This document shows positions 38,097 to 52,385 of a stretch of DNA of 58,476 nt, piece by piece. The notes under the pieces are model-generated. The model was given only the letters and a program-made list of their open reading frames with translations. It did not search any database and was not told the DNA's origin. This DNA is from Hemiscyllium ocellatum. Taxonomy: Eukaryota. The DNA is taken from assembly GCF_020745735.1 (NCBI RefSeq), contig NW_026867487.1, forward strand, positions 3,286,001 to 3,344,476. Direction: 5' to 3'. Both the position numbers and the translations under genes were made by a program. The number at the start of each line of letters is the position of its first letter. Position 1 is the first letter of the stretch.

Positions 38097-41000
38097 GTTT
38101 GAGGTGAGGAACGCCATTAGTGCCCCATCCAAGTACATCTGCAGGAAGTGCACACAATTCTCGCTCTTTCAAGACCGCGGTAGGGAACTGGAGCGGGAGC
38201 CGGAAGAACTTTGGTCCATTCGAGAGGCAGAGGCTGTGATAGAGAAGACTTAAAGGGAAGTAGTTATTCCCAGGCATGAAGAAAGCTGGGTAATTGTTCG
38301 AAGGTGGAAAAAGAAAACAGTGCTGGAATTCCCTGTGGTCGTTCTCCTGAAAAACAAATATACTGTTTTGGATATTTCGTGGGTTGGGGGGAGGTGGGGA
38401 AACACATTACCAAGGCATGCGGTGGGGTGCATGTCACTGGCACATAATCTATCCCTGTTGCACAAAAGGGAAGGTGGGAAATGAGGAGACTCATTGGGGA
38501 CTCAATAGTTAGAGTTTCAAAGGGAAGTGTTGTTGGGAACGAACGTGACTCAGGGTAGGTGTGTTGTCTCTCAGGTGCCAGGGTCTGTGATGTCTCAGAT
38601 CGTGTTTTTCGGGTCCTGAAGGGAGAAGGTGACCAGCCCCAAATCGTTGTCCACGTAGGTACAACGACGAAATTAGAAGGAGGGATAGGGATGTAAGGCA
38701 GCATTTCAGGGAGCGAGAGTGGAAGCTTAGAACTAGAATACACTGAGTTGTTATCTCTGATTTGTTACAGGTGCCATTTGATAACGAGGTAAGGAATCGG
38801 GAGAGATATCATCTGAACACGTGGCTGCAGGATGGTGCAGGAGGTAGGGTTTCAGGTACACGGATATTTGGAACTCATTCTGGGGTAGCTGAGACATTTG
38901 CAAACAGGATGGTCTTCACTTGAAAGAGAGCGTTACCAATAACGTTGGTGGGAATTTGCTGTTAACTTTCGAGTGGGTTTGAACTAGCTCAGCAGAGGAA
39001 TGAATGTAGTTCCAGTGCACAGGAGGATGAGAGTCGGGAGGATATGGAGGAGAGGATCGCCGAAACGTTTCTGGTTAGGAATGAAAGGAACAGAGTAGTC
39101 GTTATGGGGGAGTTTACCTTCCTGAACATTGACTGGAAATGCCGTACATTTAGTGCGTTGGATGGATCAGTTTTTGTCCAATGTGTACAGGAAGGTTTCC
39201 TGACACAGTATGTGAAAGGTCCAACAAGAGGGAAGGGCACACTGGATCTGGTGTTTGATCATGAGCCAGGCCATCAGTTTGATTTAGTGGTAGGTGAGCA
39301 CTTTAGAGAGCATGACCATAATTCGGTTATGATTAGTTTAGCGATGTAAAGGGATACATACATGCCAAAGGGCAAGAGTTAGATATGGGGGAAGGGCAAT
39401 TAGAATGCGATTTGGCAAGACTTAGGATGCATGGAATGGGGTAGCAAAATGCACGGGATGGAGGCAATCGAAACGTAGAGCTGGTTTAAGGAACATATAT
39501 TGTGTATCCTTGATAGGTATGTCCCTGTCAGGCTGGAAGCAAGTCATAATGTATGGTAACAGTGTTTACTAAAGAAATTTAACTCTTCTTAAGCGGGAGA
39601 AGGAGGCAAATGTGACGTTGAGACGAGATGGTTCAGATGAGGCGATGGAGAGTTGCAGATTAGCTAGGAATAATTTAAAGAGAAAGTTAAGAAGAGCGAG
39701 GAGTGGGTATGTGCAATCTTTAGCAGGTAGAATAAAGGAGAATCGTTAAGCTTTCTATAGGTAAGTGAGGAATAAAAGGATGTCTAGAGTAGGAATAGGG
39801 CCAGCCAAAGACAGAAGTGGGAAACTGTATGTGGACCCTGCAAAGATCGGGAGAGGTGCTAAATGAATGTTTCTCAACTGTTTTTACTCAGGAAAAGGAG
39901 AATATTGTAGAGGAGAAGAATGAGATAGGGGTTTAGACTAGAAAAGATCGAGATTAGCAAAGAGGAGGTGTTATCAATTCCGGAAGGGTACAATTTGACA
40001 AGTCCACTGGGCCGGATGAGATTTATCAGAGAATTCTCTGGGAAGATGGGGAGGTGATGTTGGAGTCTTGGCCTTGATCATTGAGTCGTCATTGTCTAGC
40101 GATTTAGTACCAGATGAGTGGAGGATTGCAAATGTTGTGCCCTTGTTCAAGAAGGGAAGTAGAAATGACCCAGGTAATTATAGACGTGTGAAACTTACGT
40201 CTATTATTGAAAACGTTTTGAAAAGGCTGATAAGAGATAAAGTTTATAATCATCTTGCAAGCAACAATTTGATTGCAGATAGTCAACATGGTTTCGTCAG
40301 GTGCAGTCATGTCTCACAAACCTCATTGAGTTTTCTGAGAAGGTGAGGAACCATGTGGATGAGGGTAATGATTTTGACGTGGCATACATGGAGGAGAAAG
40401 TGAGGATTGCATATGTTGGAGATCAGAGCTGAAAATGTGTTGCTGGAAAAGCACAGCATGCCAGGCAGCATCCAAAGAGCAGGAGAATCGACGTTTCGGG
40501 CATGAGCCCTTCTTCAGGAACATGGCATACATGGACTTCAGTAAAGCGTTTTTGATAAGGTTCCACATGGTAGGCTGTTGGAGAAAATGCAGAAGCATGT
40601 AGTTGATTTTGATTCAGCAGTTTGGATTAGAAACTGACTCTCTGTAAGAAGGCAGCGAGTGGTGGTTGATGGAAAATTTTCAGTCTGGTGATTGGTTACC
40701 AGTGATGTGCCACAAGGATCTGTTTTGAGACCATTGCTGTTTGCCATTTTTATAAAGAGTGGGACGCAGGTTTAGGTGTATTGGTAAGTAAGTTTGCAGA
40801 TGACACTAAAGTCGGTGGAGAAGTGGACAGTATGGTAGAATGTTACAGGTTGCAAGGGGACTTGGATAAACTGCAGAATTGTGCTGAGAGCTGTCAAGTG
40901 GATTTCAATGCAGACAAATGTGAGGTGATTCACTTCGGGAAGAATAACAGTAAGGCAAAATACCGGATCCATGGCAAGACTTTTGGTAGTGTTGATGTTC

Positions 41001-41462
41001 AGTGGGAACTTTCAGTCATGTACATAGATCCCTGAAAACTGCCACCCAGGTTGATAGTGTTGTAAAGAAGGCATACAATGTGTTTGATTTTACTGGTAGA
41101 GGGATTGTGTTCTGGAACCGTAATGTACAAGGTGATCAGAGATTAGATAGGGTCGTCCGTGAACGTCTTTTTTCCTAGGATGATGACGCCAGTATGTATG
41201 TGGAGGCATAGCTACAAATTGAGGGTTCATATATTTAAGTTAATGTAAGAGGCAGATTGTCTACTCAGAGAGTGGTAAGGAGGTGGAATGTTCTGCCTAC
41301 GAATGTAATCAACTCGTCACATTGGGGCATTTGAGCAATCCCTGGATTAGCACATAGATGATGATGGGATAGTGTCGGAGGATGGGCTTACTTTAGTTCG
41401 CAGATTTCCAAAACATCGAGGGCCAAAGAGCATGTTCCACACTGTATTGCTCTATGTCTATG
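38097..41462 (+). mobile_element. CR1 LINE, large degenerate copy with endonuclease and RT
   Basis: RVVVMGEFTFLNIDW...FLTQYVKGPTRGKGTLDLV, VPDEWRIANVVPLFKKGSRNDPGNYR and SKFADDTKVGG. It interrupts a sequence that is contiguous at about 17600-17650. Confidence 0.9.
40393..40522 (-). mobile_element. Penelope-derived terminal-repeat fragment nested in CR1 with a 13-bp TSD
   Basis: TGGCATACATGGA at 40380-40392 and 40523-40535. Confidence 0.8.
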
Positions 41463-43025
41463 CTTTCTGTTTATCAATGTCAGCTTAATTCATCTATTTC
41501 TATGCAAACATCATGGAGAGATCTTGTGACATTGTGGTCGTGTCCCGATTTGTATCAGCAGGCTCACATTCTTGCATGCTCTCGATGTGTGGAATGAAAA
41601 ATTGACAGAGTGGGTACAGAAAGATTGTTGCACTGATGGAGAGTCTCGGAGCAGTGGCACACTCGCAGAATGAGAGATCACACATTGAAGATGGAAATGA
41701 GGAGATATTTCTTCTCTCAAATAGAGAAAAATCTGTGGAATTATTTATGAGTTTTTGTTCTAAAAACGCACAAGACTGAGATAGAGATGAGAAGAGCGTA
41801 CAACCTGGCGGTGGACGCTCTGGAGGTTGCAAGATAGACACGTGATTGAATTGAGGTATATAAAGTCCAAAGAGGACTTGATTAGGAGGGTATGTAATCC
41901 ATATCTTAAACACGTCTGGTTTTTTTTCAGAATTGTCATCTTTGTGATCCCCGCATTGGCCATTCTGTAATTTTCACAGTGACCACTTCCCTCATAACCA
42001 CACTGACCCTATTTATCTATGCATGCTCTATAACGCTTCTGTCAGATTGGATGATGATGTCTGTTGCTGCCCTACCTCTGGCGCAGTTGTAGTAACTCCT
42101 AGCCGCCACCAGAGAGTGACATGGCATCATTTCAAGGCAAGTTGACGTGCAAAGCAGGTAGGCTTTGACCCTAACAAAGGCCTGGCAAGGACATCCGATT
42201 GTGAGAGAGTTCGCCGAGCAATCTTACAAACGGTCTCACTGTCTGCCTTTCTCTAACTCTCTCTCTCTCTCTCTTTCACACACACGCATATACGCATTCA
42301 CACACAGATGAACACAGACACACAGTGCATGAACCAAAGATAGCAACTGTAAAATTATTCAGATATACAGCAGGTCCTCACGTGTGAGGTCTCTGTTTTC
42401 AGTAAACACCTGCAGAGGGTGAGAAGGAATGCGAAACTGAGCTGAGTGACGAATGATACAAGGAACTAACACAGGGAAAAATTGTTAATGATGAACCTAA
42501 GGGCTGAGAAGCAGCAAGTGAAGCCGAATAAAGGGTGAATTCAGCTGAAGTGATAACAAAGATGCTGTTGGATGAGGTTGAGATTGGTTTCAGTGATGTA
42601 GAAACTTGAAGATTTGTAAGTTAGGAGTGACAGAACATGTATGACGGAAATCTAGGGATGGAGTGGGTATTTTTGCCCATCCCCTCCCCAACAAAAATGT
42701 TCCGAACAAAAGTTGGCGTCATTTGAGGATATGGGACAGTGAAAAGTAATTGTTAGGGTAAACGATGCCCTGACTCTGGGGGAGAGCTTATCGAAGATAG
42801 ACCATAATCTGTCAGAATCTTAGGTGCAATGACTTTCACCCATCTCAGGATGTGTCAATTCACTGCGAATCAGCTCTCTTCCTCCCACTCACACAGCATC
42901 ACAATTCACATAAGCCAGTGAGGTGCGAACATTCAAAGACACGTCAGCATTTCACATGGGAGCAGGGTTAATAGAATGAGTGCCTTTAAACATCCGAGTG
43001 TCCTGCTGCGCAGAGGATAGTGACA

Positions 43026-43474
43026 ATGCAGCTACTGACCATGTGGTTTGTGTGGGGCGCAATTCTAACAGGTAAACATGGAGGAAAGGCATTTCACATT
43101 CATTAATTAAATCATAGTTTTATCTGAGCGCAGCGTGACAGTTTACATTTGTTTTCCCTTTCAGACCTGAGTCGCGGAGATTCTGTCACTCAGTCACTCC
43201 CTTCAGACGTTCGGACAGAAGGCGATGCGGTGACACTAACCTGTACCTATGATACTACATCGGACATTTATACATTGTTGTGGTACCGACAGCACCAAGG
43301 CTCACAGCCCGAATTTATTTTTTGGAAAGATACTGCTGGTAGCAACCATAAAGCAAATTTTGTGCAAGATCGTTTCTCTATGGAACTTCAGACCTCAAAT
43401 AAATTCACCAGTTTGACTATCGCCAGGCTACAGCTGTCTGACGTTGCGGTGTATTACTGCGCTTTCTGGGATGA
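43026..43474 (+). CDS. TRAV/DV: TCR alpha/delta V segment, apparently functional (leader 43026-43071, V exon 43165-43474)
   Basis: Leader MQLLTMWFVWGAILT, GT/AG intron, open V exon DLSRGDSVTQSLPSDVRTEGDAVTLTCTYDTTSDIYTLLWYRQ...VAVYYCAFWDD. Confidence 0.93.
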
Positions 43475-43513
43475 CACAGTGATGATAAGCAGTCTTACCC
43501 CTGTACAAAAACT
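43475..43513 (+). promoter_or_regulatory. 23-RSS
   Basis: CACAGTG, 23 nt, ACAAAAACT. Confidence 0.97.
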
Positions 43514-44428
43514 TCCTCGAATCATAGATTGGCTTTCTATTAGCGTTTGTGCAACTGGAGGGCTGATACAATGTACTGTTAAATATTCAAACACGCATCA
43601 AGAGGAAACCAAATTAACCTCGGGTTAAACTGTCACACAGTTATTTCCTAGAGCCGCAGGGAAAATAAACTAAAGACTCTGAGCGCTCTCATAAACACAG
43701 AACAGATTCAGATTTGAGCACTTCCATTCAAATCAACACCCTGATGTGATCTGTTAGAGAGTGAGGAGAATTCACCTCAGTGAACCAGCTTCATTATGAT
43801 TGAAGAGACCATAATGGAAATGTGAAGAAGGACATGATGGTGTCTTTATCCTCAATTTAAAAAGTCTCTTTGCAGCTGCATTTTCACAGTGTTTACTCTC
43901 TTTACTCGCTCTGCTGGTCTACTTCGGTATTTCTAATATGGCGGGTGAGAAGTCCTGAGAATTTACATTTCAGTTAATGTGAAGGCGAAAGTATAATCAC
44001 TGCACTTCCTGCTCGGATCTGCCTCTCCTATGAAGAGAATAGCCACTGTTGGTTTCGGTATTGTACTCTTGTCAAAAGGACATGAAGGTGGAGGCACTTT
44101 TAATATTGATAATCTTCATTATCCTGAATAAAATCAACGCAGGTGAGTTGCACTTGGAATTCTTAGTGGTTAGTGATGTGGAGTGACCTTTTGATCAAAA
44201 AGATCCGGTTTATTGATTCAGTTAGACTAAAGGTGTGCACAACACCTCTGAACAGGTTGGTTAGAACATCGATGTACTCTAAATTCTGACCAATAATGAT
44301 TCATGTGATAGTTTCAAATTGAAAATAGGAGCTCCTCAACATTTATTTTCATTCAGTTACTGCTGGTCTTCTGTTAGGTTGTTTTTGCTGAGATGGTGAG
44401 GCTGTCTGTACATCTCCTGTCTGTACGT

Positions 44429-44745
44429 GTTTTGTGTTCTGGCTGCTGATTGGTTTGTATCATGCTGAGGATGACTGCGCAGAGGTCGATGGCGGGATCC
44501 TCTCACTCATTGTCTCTGATGGTCAAAGTGCTGCATTTCCTGGCGAAGAGTGGCCTGCATCCTCCCTGGTCAGGCTATTGAAGATCAGAAGCTGCTGCTC
44601 CCATCAGTCCACTTCACGAAGTTGAGTAAGGTGTTAGATTTGCAACTCATTGTCATTGAGAAGACTTTCACGACCATAACTGCAAAATGAGACTGCGTGA
44701 TCAGCTATTTCGGCAGGAGCTCTTTAGCATGGAATCAAACCCCAT
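44429..44745 (-). pseudogene. Decayed V relic (second family)
   Basis: CSTLTIRDNE*EDPAIDLCAVI. RSS is CAGCATG/23/ACACAAAAC. Confidence 0.65.
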
Positions 44746-46199
44746 GGGTGAATTGATGAGAGGAGATAAGGATATTAGCATCCAGCACCCTGAAAACACA
44801 TTGCCTTTCCCAATGGGTACACTGACTGTTCATTCCATATTCACAATTCCATTTATTCACAGTGTTTTTTTTTAATCTGTTCCTTTCACGTCCCTGTGCT
44901 TGTCAATCTGTTAGTGTTTTAAAAAACAAAAATACATTTACATTGTTAACATTATCCTGCCATGTGTTAATTTCAGATTCTCAACATTCATTTTGAAAAA
45001 ACGTCTGCGTAGAGAAACCAGTTCTGAGGACGGGTCCCTCGTCCCTTAACATTATATTTGATTTCACTCCACAGATACTGACAGACCTACTGAGATTTTC
45101 AAGAAAATTATGTCACGGTTTCTCATAGTCTGTTTCCCTGTTTCACTCCCTTCAACTCAGTGTGACAGAATTCTACCATCTGCTAGCGGATGCCAGGAGA
45201 AATTTGAAACTCATCCTTGCTAGACTGAAAGCAACAAGTGCTGGCACCATTCAAGCAGAAAACAGCATCAACTTGCATGCAGGGACAGTGTACATTCTTT
45301 TCTTCCCTCAACTTGCATAAAGAGTTGAAATTCACGAATTTCCTATTTGTATTTAAAGGTCTCTTTCTTCTTTGCTTCTCTTTGTCGAGATTCCAGTAAT
45401 TGGGGTGATCCCTTTTCCCTATTCCCATGTCAGTTTAGTAAAATCATCGCCCACATATTGTCATGACGTCATGTTCGCTCAGTGTGACTTTGTGAATGAA
45501 CGTTGCCTCGTACAGAATCGACAGATGTCACAATGGAATCAATCTGATTTTAAAAAGCGGAATCAAATTTCAATTCTTCTCAACGCCACTTCAGCTGCCT
45601 CTTTCATGCTGGAAAACCCGATTACATGCTTGATTTGCTTTGATGATCAACATGCCAGGGACTCATCTTCCAAATTGTACTCTAACCTCTGGAACCATTT
45701 CAATTAGAACAGTTGGAATACAACACAAAATTACTCGATGTTTTTCCATGTCTGAAGATTTGCATAGAGGTGAGCGTGATCACGAATGCTTTTTTTAAAT
45801 TTATCACCACGTGAATAATTCTTCAATCGAGGGATAAACTGCGTGGAGGGATCTTGCGACGTTGTGGAAATATCCCGAAATTGAGTCAACAGGCCTACCT
45901 TCAAGTATCACTGCTGTAGAAAGGTGTAATGAAAACTTGCTCTAAAGTTGAATCAATCAGAAAATGTCGTTTCAACCTGTGAGAGTATCTTGGAGTCGAA
46001 TGCCTAATCTCAGAATATAAACACAAACATTTAAGAAAGATAAGCAGGCATCCAGAAAAAATGAAATTGTGGAATTATTTGCAACAGAGGCTGTGCTATA
46101 AGTACGTTCAAGACTGATACGTGAATAGCACATCTACACAGGCTGTGCCTATATCCTGGAGACTGTAGAAGAATCTCAACCGCGAATGGACAAGAATGA

Positions 46200-48900
46200 A
46201 TAGAAATCGAAAAGACCATAAGACCACAAGACACAGGAGCAGAAATTAGACCAATAAAGCCATCGAGTCAGCTCCACTGTTCAATCATGGCTGAAAATTG
46301 ATACACAAAAGCCTATCTATCTCTGTCTATGGAGTATATTAAGGACAGAAATAGATAGGCTTTTGTGTATCAATCAGCCATGATTGACATCTTTGACAAT
46401 GAATTTCATAGATGCACCACTCTCTGGCCGAAGTAGTTTCTCTATAACTCCGTTTTAAATGGCCTTCCCTTTACTGTAAGGCTATGACCCCGGTTCCGAA
46501 CTTCTTCTACCAATTGAAACATCTTCCCAATAACTACTCTGTCCAGGCCGTTCAGTATTCTGTGTGTTTCAACTAGGTCCCCCCACATCCTTTTAAACTC
46601 CATCGCGTAAAAAACCCTGAATGATGAAATGTTCCTTATAAGTTAAGCTTTTCATTTATGGAACCATTTTCATGAACACACTGCAGGACTATTACATCCT
46701 TCCCATGAAATGGGGCCGAAACATGAATTCAATACTGCAAATGTGGTCTGACCAGAGCCTTATAGAGGCTCAGAGGTACGTCTCTGCTTTTCTATTCACG
46801 TTATCGCAAAATAAATGCCTTCCAACCTATTGAGTCAGCCTATAAGTTTTCCTTGAGAGAATCTTGGATGACAACTCCCAAGTTTCTTTGCACCTCAGAC
46901 TTCTGAAATTTCTCGCCATTTATAAAACAGTCCATGCTTCAATTTTCCTACTAAATTGCTTCACTTCACACTTGCCTATGTTTTACTCTATCTGCCATTT
47001 CTTTCGCCACTCTCCTCACCCGTAAAAAATTCTTCTGTAAAGCCCCCCCAACTCCTCAATGCTCCCCGTCCCTCTACCTACATTTGTATCGTCTGAAAAA
47101 TTAGCTAGAATGCCCTCAATTCCTTCATCTGGATCATTAATGTAAAAAGTGAAAAGTGGCGGTGACAACACTGAGCCTTGTTGAGCACCACTTCTCATTG
47201 GCTGCCAGCCTGAGAAGGATCCTTTTGTCCCCACTCTCTGCTTTCTACCAGACAGCCACTCGTATGGGACCCTCCACAATTCTAGTGATTACGCAGAGTT
47301 GTGAATGCATATAATGTGTTGTCAGCTGAGGTGGTGGAAGCGAAGTCACTGGGGACATTTAAGCGACTGCCAGACATGCACATGGATAGCAGCGAGTTGA
47401 GGGGTGCATAGGTTAAGTTACTATCTTTTACTTTAGGGTTACATTTCAGCACAACATCGTGGGCCTAAGGGCCTGTTCTGTGCTGTTTCTTTCTATGCTC
47501 TATGAATACTGAAAGATCACCACCTACGGCTCCATTATCTCTTCAAATATTTCTCTTCGAACTCTGGGGTTCAATCTATCTGGTCCAGGTGATTTACCCA
47601 CCTTAGGCCGTTCAGTTTTTCTAGCAAATTCTCCTTGTTGATGGACACCATTCTCAGCTCTGCCCCTCCCTCTTGAATGTTTGGGATATTACTCGAGTCT
47701 TCCACTGTGAAGACTGATGCGAAGTAATTATTCAGTTCTTCAGCCATCTCCTTGTTCCTTATTACTATCTCTCTATCGTCATTTTGCAATGACCCAATGT
47801 TCACTGTTGCCCTTTATGTGTTTAAAGAAACATTTATAGTCTTCCTTTATATTACTGGCCAGCTTTCCCATATATTTCATCTGCTTCCTCCTTATTTCTT
47901 TAGATTTTGCTCTCTGTTGGTCATTGTAGGCTTCCCAAGCCTTTGGTTTCCCACTGCCCTTCCCCACACAACATACTTACTCAATGTTTTTATGATATCC
48001 CTGGCTTCCAGTCAGCCATGGTTGCTTCCTTCTGCACAAACCAGGTTTCTTTATCCTCGGGCTGAATCTCAGATGTGTCCACTGAATTACTTTCAGAAAC
48101 TCCTGCCATTACTGTTCCACTGTCCTTCTTGCTTGTTTCCTTTGCCAATCATTTCTGCCAAGCTCCTTCCTCATGCCTCTACAGTTGCCTGTATTCAGTA
48201 TAACACCGTTACCTCTGGTTCTATGTTATTCCTCTCAAATTCCAGAGTAAATTCAGTTATATTATGATAACTGCCTCCTGAGGTTTCCTTTACTTTACGA
48301 TCCTTTATGAGGTCTGCTTCATTGCACAACACTAAATCCAGTATTAGGTGTTCCCTAATCAGCTCCCGCACAAGCTGCGCCAAAAAGCCACCTTGTAGAC
48401 AATCCACAAATTACTTTTCTTGCACTCCACCACGACTGTCATTTTCTCAGTCCACCTGCATATTGAAATTTCCCATGATCACTGTAACTTTGCCTTTCTG
48501 AAGCATCATTTCTGTCACCTGCTGCATTTTGCGTCCCAGCTCCTGACTAGGCTTGGAGGCCAGCACATAACTCCGACTAAGGCTTTTTTTTAAAAACCTC
48601 TGCTATTCCTGAACTTTACCCACACAGATTCTAAACTATTTAAACCTACTTGTATTTTTTTTTACCATTGATTTAATTTCGTTTCTTACTCATGAGGCAA
48701 ATCCACTCCCTCTGCCTACCGTCCTACCTTTTCGATGGGATGTACGTCCTTGAATATTCAGCTCCCAAACCTGACATCGTAGCGGAAGGCTCTTCGTGAT
48801 GCCCACCACGTCATACCTGCCAATTTAGATGTGTACTACAAACTAATTTCCCTTATTCTTTATACTACTGCAGTTATTGATAAGTCACTGCTTGACTATA
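46200..48900 (-). mobile_element. Fragmented CR1 LINE
   Basis: WLSGRKQRVGTKGSFSGWQPMRSGAQQGSVLSPPLFTFYIND...ANFSDDT and FLAQLVRELIREHLILDLVLCNE. Confidence 0.85.
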
Positions 48901-51900
48901 CACAACGAAAGGACTACTTTGTCGTTTTGTTTCAGTTGTAAAGCCTGAACATAAAAATGACCAGCTTCCAAATCACCCTACCCCCTACCCAAACAAAGAC
49001 CAGTCATCTCTCTGCACCCCAGCCCTTTATCCTGACCCTACCTGTCCATATTCCTTCCCATGTATCCACTTCACCCTTCCAACTGGAGAATCAAAGCCAT
49101 CCTCTACATGCATCCCATCAACCTACTCGCAGTCGCACCCTCTCCCTCTATTTATTTCGAAGCCCCTTACCCTCCCCCAGCCCTGATGAAAGGTTCCGAC
49201 CTAAAACGTTGAATCTACTTTTCATCTGATGTTGCTTGACCTGCTGTGCTTTTTCCAATCCAACTCTTCATCCACTATGATGCTTCACCATCTGCCGTTC
49301 TCTATATCTTCATTGTAAAAAATTAGCAACGTAAGTCTTAGAAGTAATAGTGAACCACTCATCCCAGCGAAGCGTGAAGTTAAATAAATATGAACTGCAC
49401 TGTCCTGTTTTCTCCAAAAATCACTCTAATGCTAATACAGTCGTCTGGCTCAGCGTTTAACTTAATTAGCAACCCAACCTCTGTGGTAAAGATTTCCTCA
49501 GACTTATTTCCCGTGGAGAGAAGAAATTTCTGTTCATTTCAAATTTAATTGAGTTCATCTTTATGCCAATCTTTACGAGGACTGCTTTGTCCTCAGCTCT
49601 TGCGTGGGGAGGATAACGTTTCTGCAGTACCTTGCCGACTTTTCATTGCATGTGAACATCCCAACTGAAAGGATGGGAAATTACCACCACGCTTCAACAC
49701 CAAAAATTCATTCTCATGGTGATGAACACAATGCATATTTGGTCACGCTTATTTCTCAGTGGTCATCCAGCTCTGGAATAACGTAATCTAATTTTGTATT
49801 ATGTCAGTGATGATTTGTTGGGAAACGATTGCTACCTTTGTGTCAGGTATTGTGATGAATGTCTGGTCTGTTAATTGTCACCAGCAAATCAATAATTAAA
49901 GAATATTTTCCAGGAGGAGCAAGGACAGTCTGAAGAGCAACCGAGAGGAAAATCTAAATTGTTGCGTATTTTAATGATAGGTATCATCACATTGTGCACT
50001 TTATCCAGTGTAAGACAAGCGTCCTTTATGCACGAGCTCATTTTAAGCATGCCTAACCTTTTAAAAAATGTCGTTTTTGACAAGAGTGAAAATTACGTGG
50101 GTGGTTAAGAACTGTTCTAGCATTCTTGCCTGCATGCTGTGAACTTGGAGAATTCTTGGGAAATAGGTCGGACAGGTGACAGAGGTGATAGTGGGGATGC
50201 ACCTTTCGACCAGTGACCAGAGTTCTATTAATTTAAAAGCAATTACCCAGTGGGACAAGACTGGGGAAATGTGAGTTTTGGTGGAATTATGCAGGTCCTT
50301 GCAGAGGTTGTTTGAAGTAGCTTGCCTGCAGACAAAGTGACCTCCAGTGAGTAGGAGGTCTTTAACAGTGAGATAGCTAGATTTTATGTTCTATATGTTC
50401 CTGTGAGGGTGAAGGGCAAGTTTGGCAGGAATCGGGTACCATGGATGACCAGTGATATTGAGGCTTTGACCAGAAAAAAAAGGAGTCATGGCTCAGTTTC
50501 AGGCAGCTGGGATCAAGGGAATCCGTGCAGGGATACAGGGAATACAGGAGTTCAGTAAAGAACAAAATCAGAATGGCGAAAAGGGAAACGAGCCTTGGAT
50601 GAGAAGGTTAGCGTGAATCAAAAGAGGCAATTTAAGTATATTGAGGGAAAGAGAATGACTAGAGAGGGAACGGGGCCCGTCAAGGACCAAAGCGTACAAT
50701 TATTTGTGTGTCTGTTTCTGTGTGCGTGCATGTTCTGCCGTGTTGTAGTCTGTCCGCCTCAGTGTCTGATTGGAATCATTTCCAAATGATTTGAAACGTT
50801 CATCTTGAGTCTTCTTAGAAGAATCTAACGTCAGTTCGGACGTCGGTGGCCATTGTTTTGGGAGATGAATTGTCCGATGGATGATGATGAAAGAATTAAT
50901 ATTAAAATCTCATCTCCTTCCCTTAATTTCCACCGTGCGTTGCACGTGATACAATGCCAACCTCTGCTGGGAACACCGTCTGCTGCACAACAGGAAGATC
51001 AAATTCATCAGGAATTCAGTCAGAGGCAGGGCAGGTGCACACAGCACTGTTCAAACTGTCAGCAGAAACAGGGACAGTGCACAGTCTTTGATGCACTCTA
51101 CTCACATGTGAAGATAATATTCAGAAATTCACTGCCAGTCTTTTAATGCGTCGTCTGTCCTTTATTTCTCTTTGCTCAGAAGAATATCATTTTGAGCAAC
51201 CTCTTCTCACAGGTCATTTTCTGAAGCAATTCTACAGTCTATTAAGAGAGTATATTTGCTCAGAATCAGCTTGTTAAACCGGGGTCGTGTGCAAACACTG
51301 GATAGATCTTATTAAGCAATGAGGTTTATCATGAAAACAGAAAATAATTCAGATTCTCCTCGTTGTTGGCTGTACTTCCATCTGTCCTCCGCATTGATGG
51401 AAAGCAGTTCTTAATTCTTGATCAGTTCATGACAATTAACAGACCAATCATTCATCTCCACTGCTGGACGTTAAAGTGCAGAACCCTTCCCAGTGGAACA
51501 CTGGCAATGAAACTCAAGCTAAGGTTATGTTGTTCCAGGGTTGGATATCTGTATACAAATGATTGTGACCAAGTAAATTCTGTGTTGATCCGAATTAGAA
51601 TAATTATTCAGTATATACGCACATGTGGCTTTTGTGGAATCGTTCTCGTGTCGCTAGTTTGAGTTGGGAGGCTCACGTCAGTCTTCCTGAAATGTGTTAT
51701 GAAAACTTTGCACCGTGGTGCATTAAGCTTGTTTCAACGTGTGGGACTGTCTAAAAATGGACCGTCAATCTCAAAAGAAGGGGTCACACGTTTAATGGGT
51801 CACACGTTAAGAGATGTGGAGGAATTTCTTTGCACTGAGAGAATTGAATCTGTAGGATTATTTGGCAAAGAAGCTGATTCGTTAAGTTTTTTCAAGGCTG

Positions 51901-52385
51901 AGATGGACAGATTTATATTCGGGAATGGAATTAAGGGTTATGATAAAAATGGAAAAAATGTTGACCCAATAATCCATGACCTCATCGTGCAGTGGAGCAG
52001 TCTCGGTTGAATGAATGACATGATTCAGCTTCCATATGTTATGTTCTAAATTGCATATTGCAGATAACTGAGGGAATATGTTGAATATAATGCAATGAAA
52101 GCTAGGATTCATGATCAACCTACCACTGGAGAAGATAAGGAAGGAATGCTTTCAGTATATAACCAGATAAATGTAGTGATATATAGAAGGTGTTAACTGC
52201 CGCTTCAGTAGGAGTAGCAATGGAGCGGGAACCATTGAGCAGTAGTTTGCAACAGCATGTAGAGATATCGAAGGCCTAAATGGTATGTTATGCCTCTTTT
52301 TAACAATGTGATTCTATGAGCTGCTGTCAATACTGTCAGTATTGGTGCTTTGGAAAGAACAGAAAATATTACATTTCCTCTTGGG

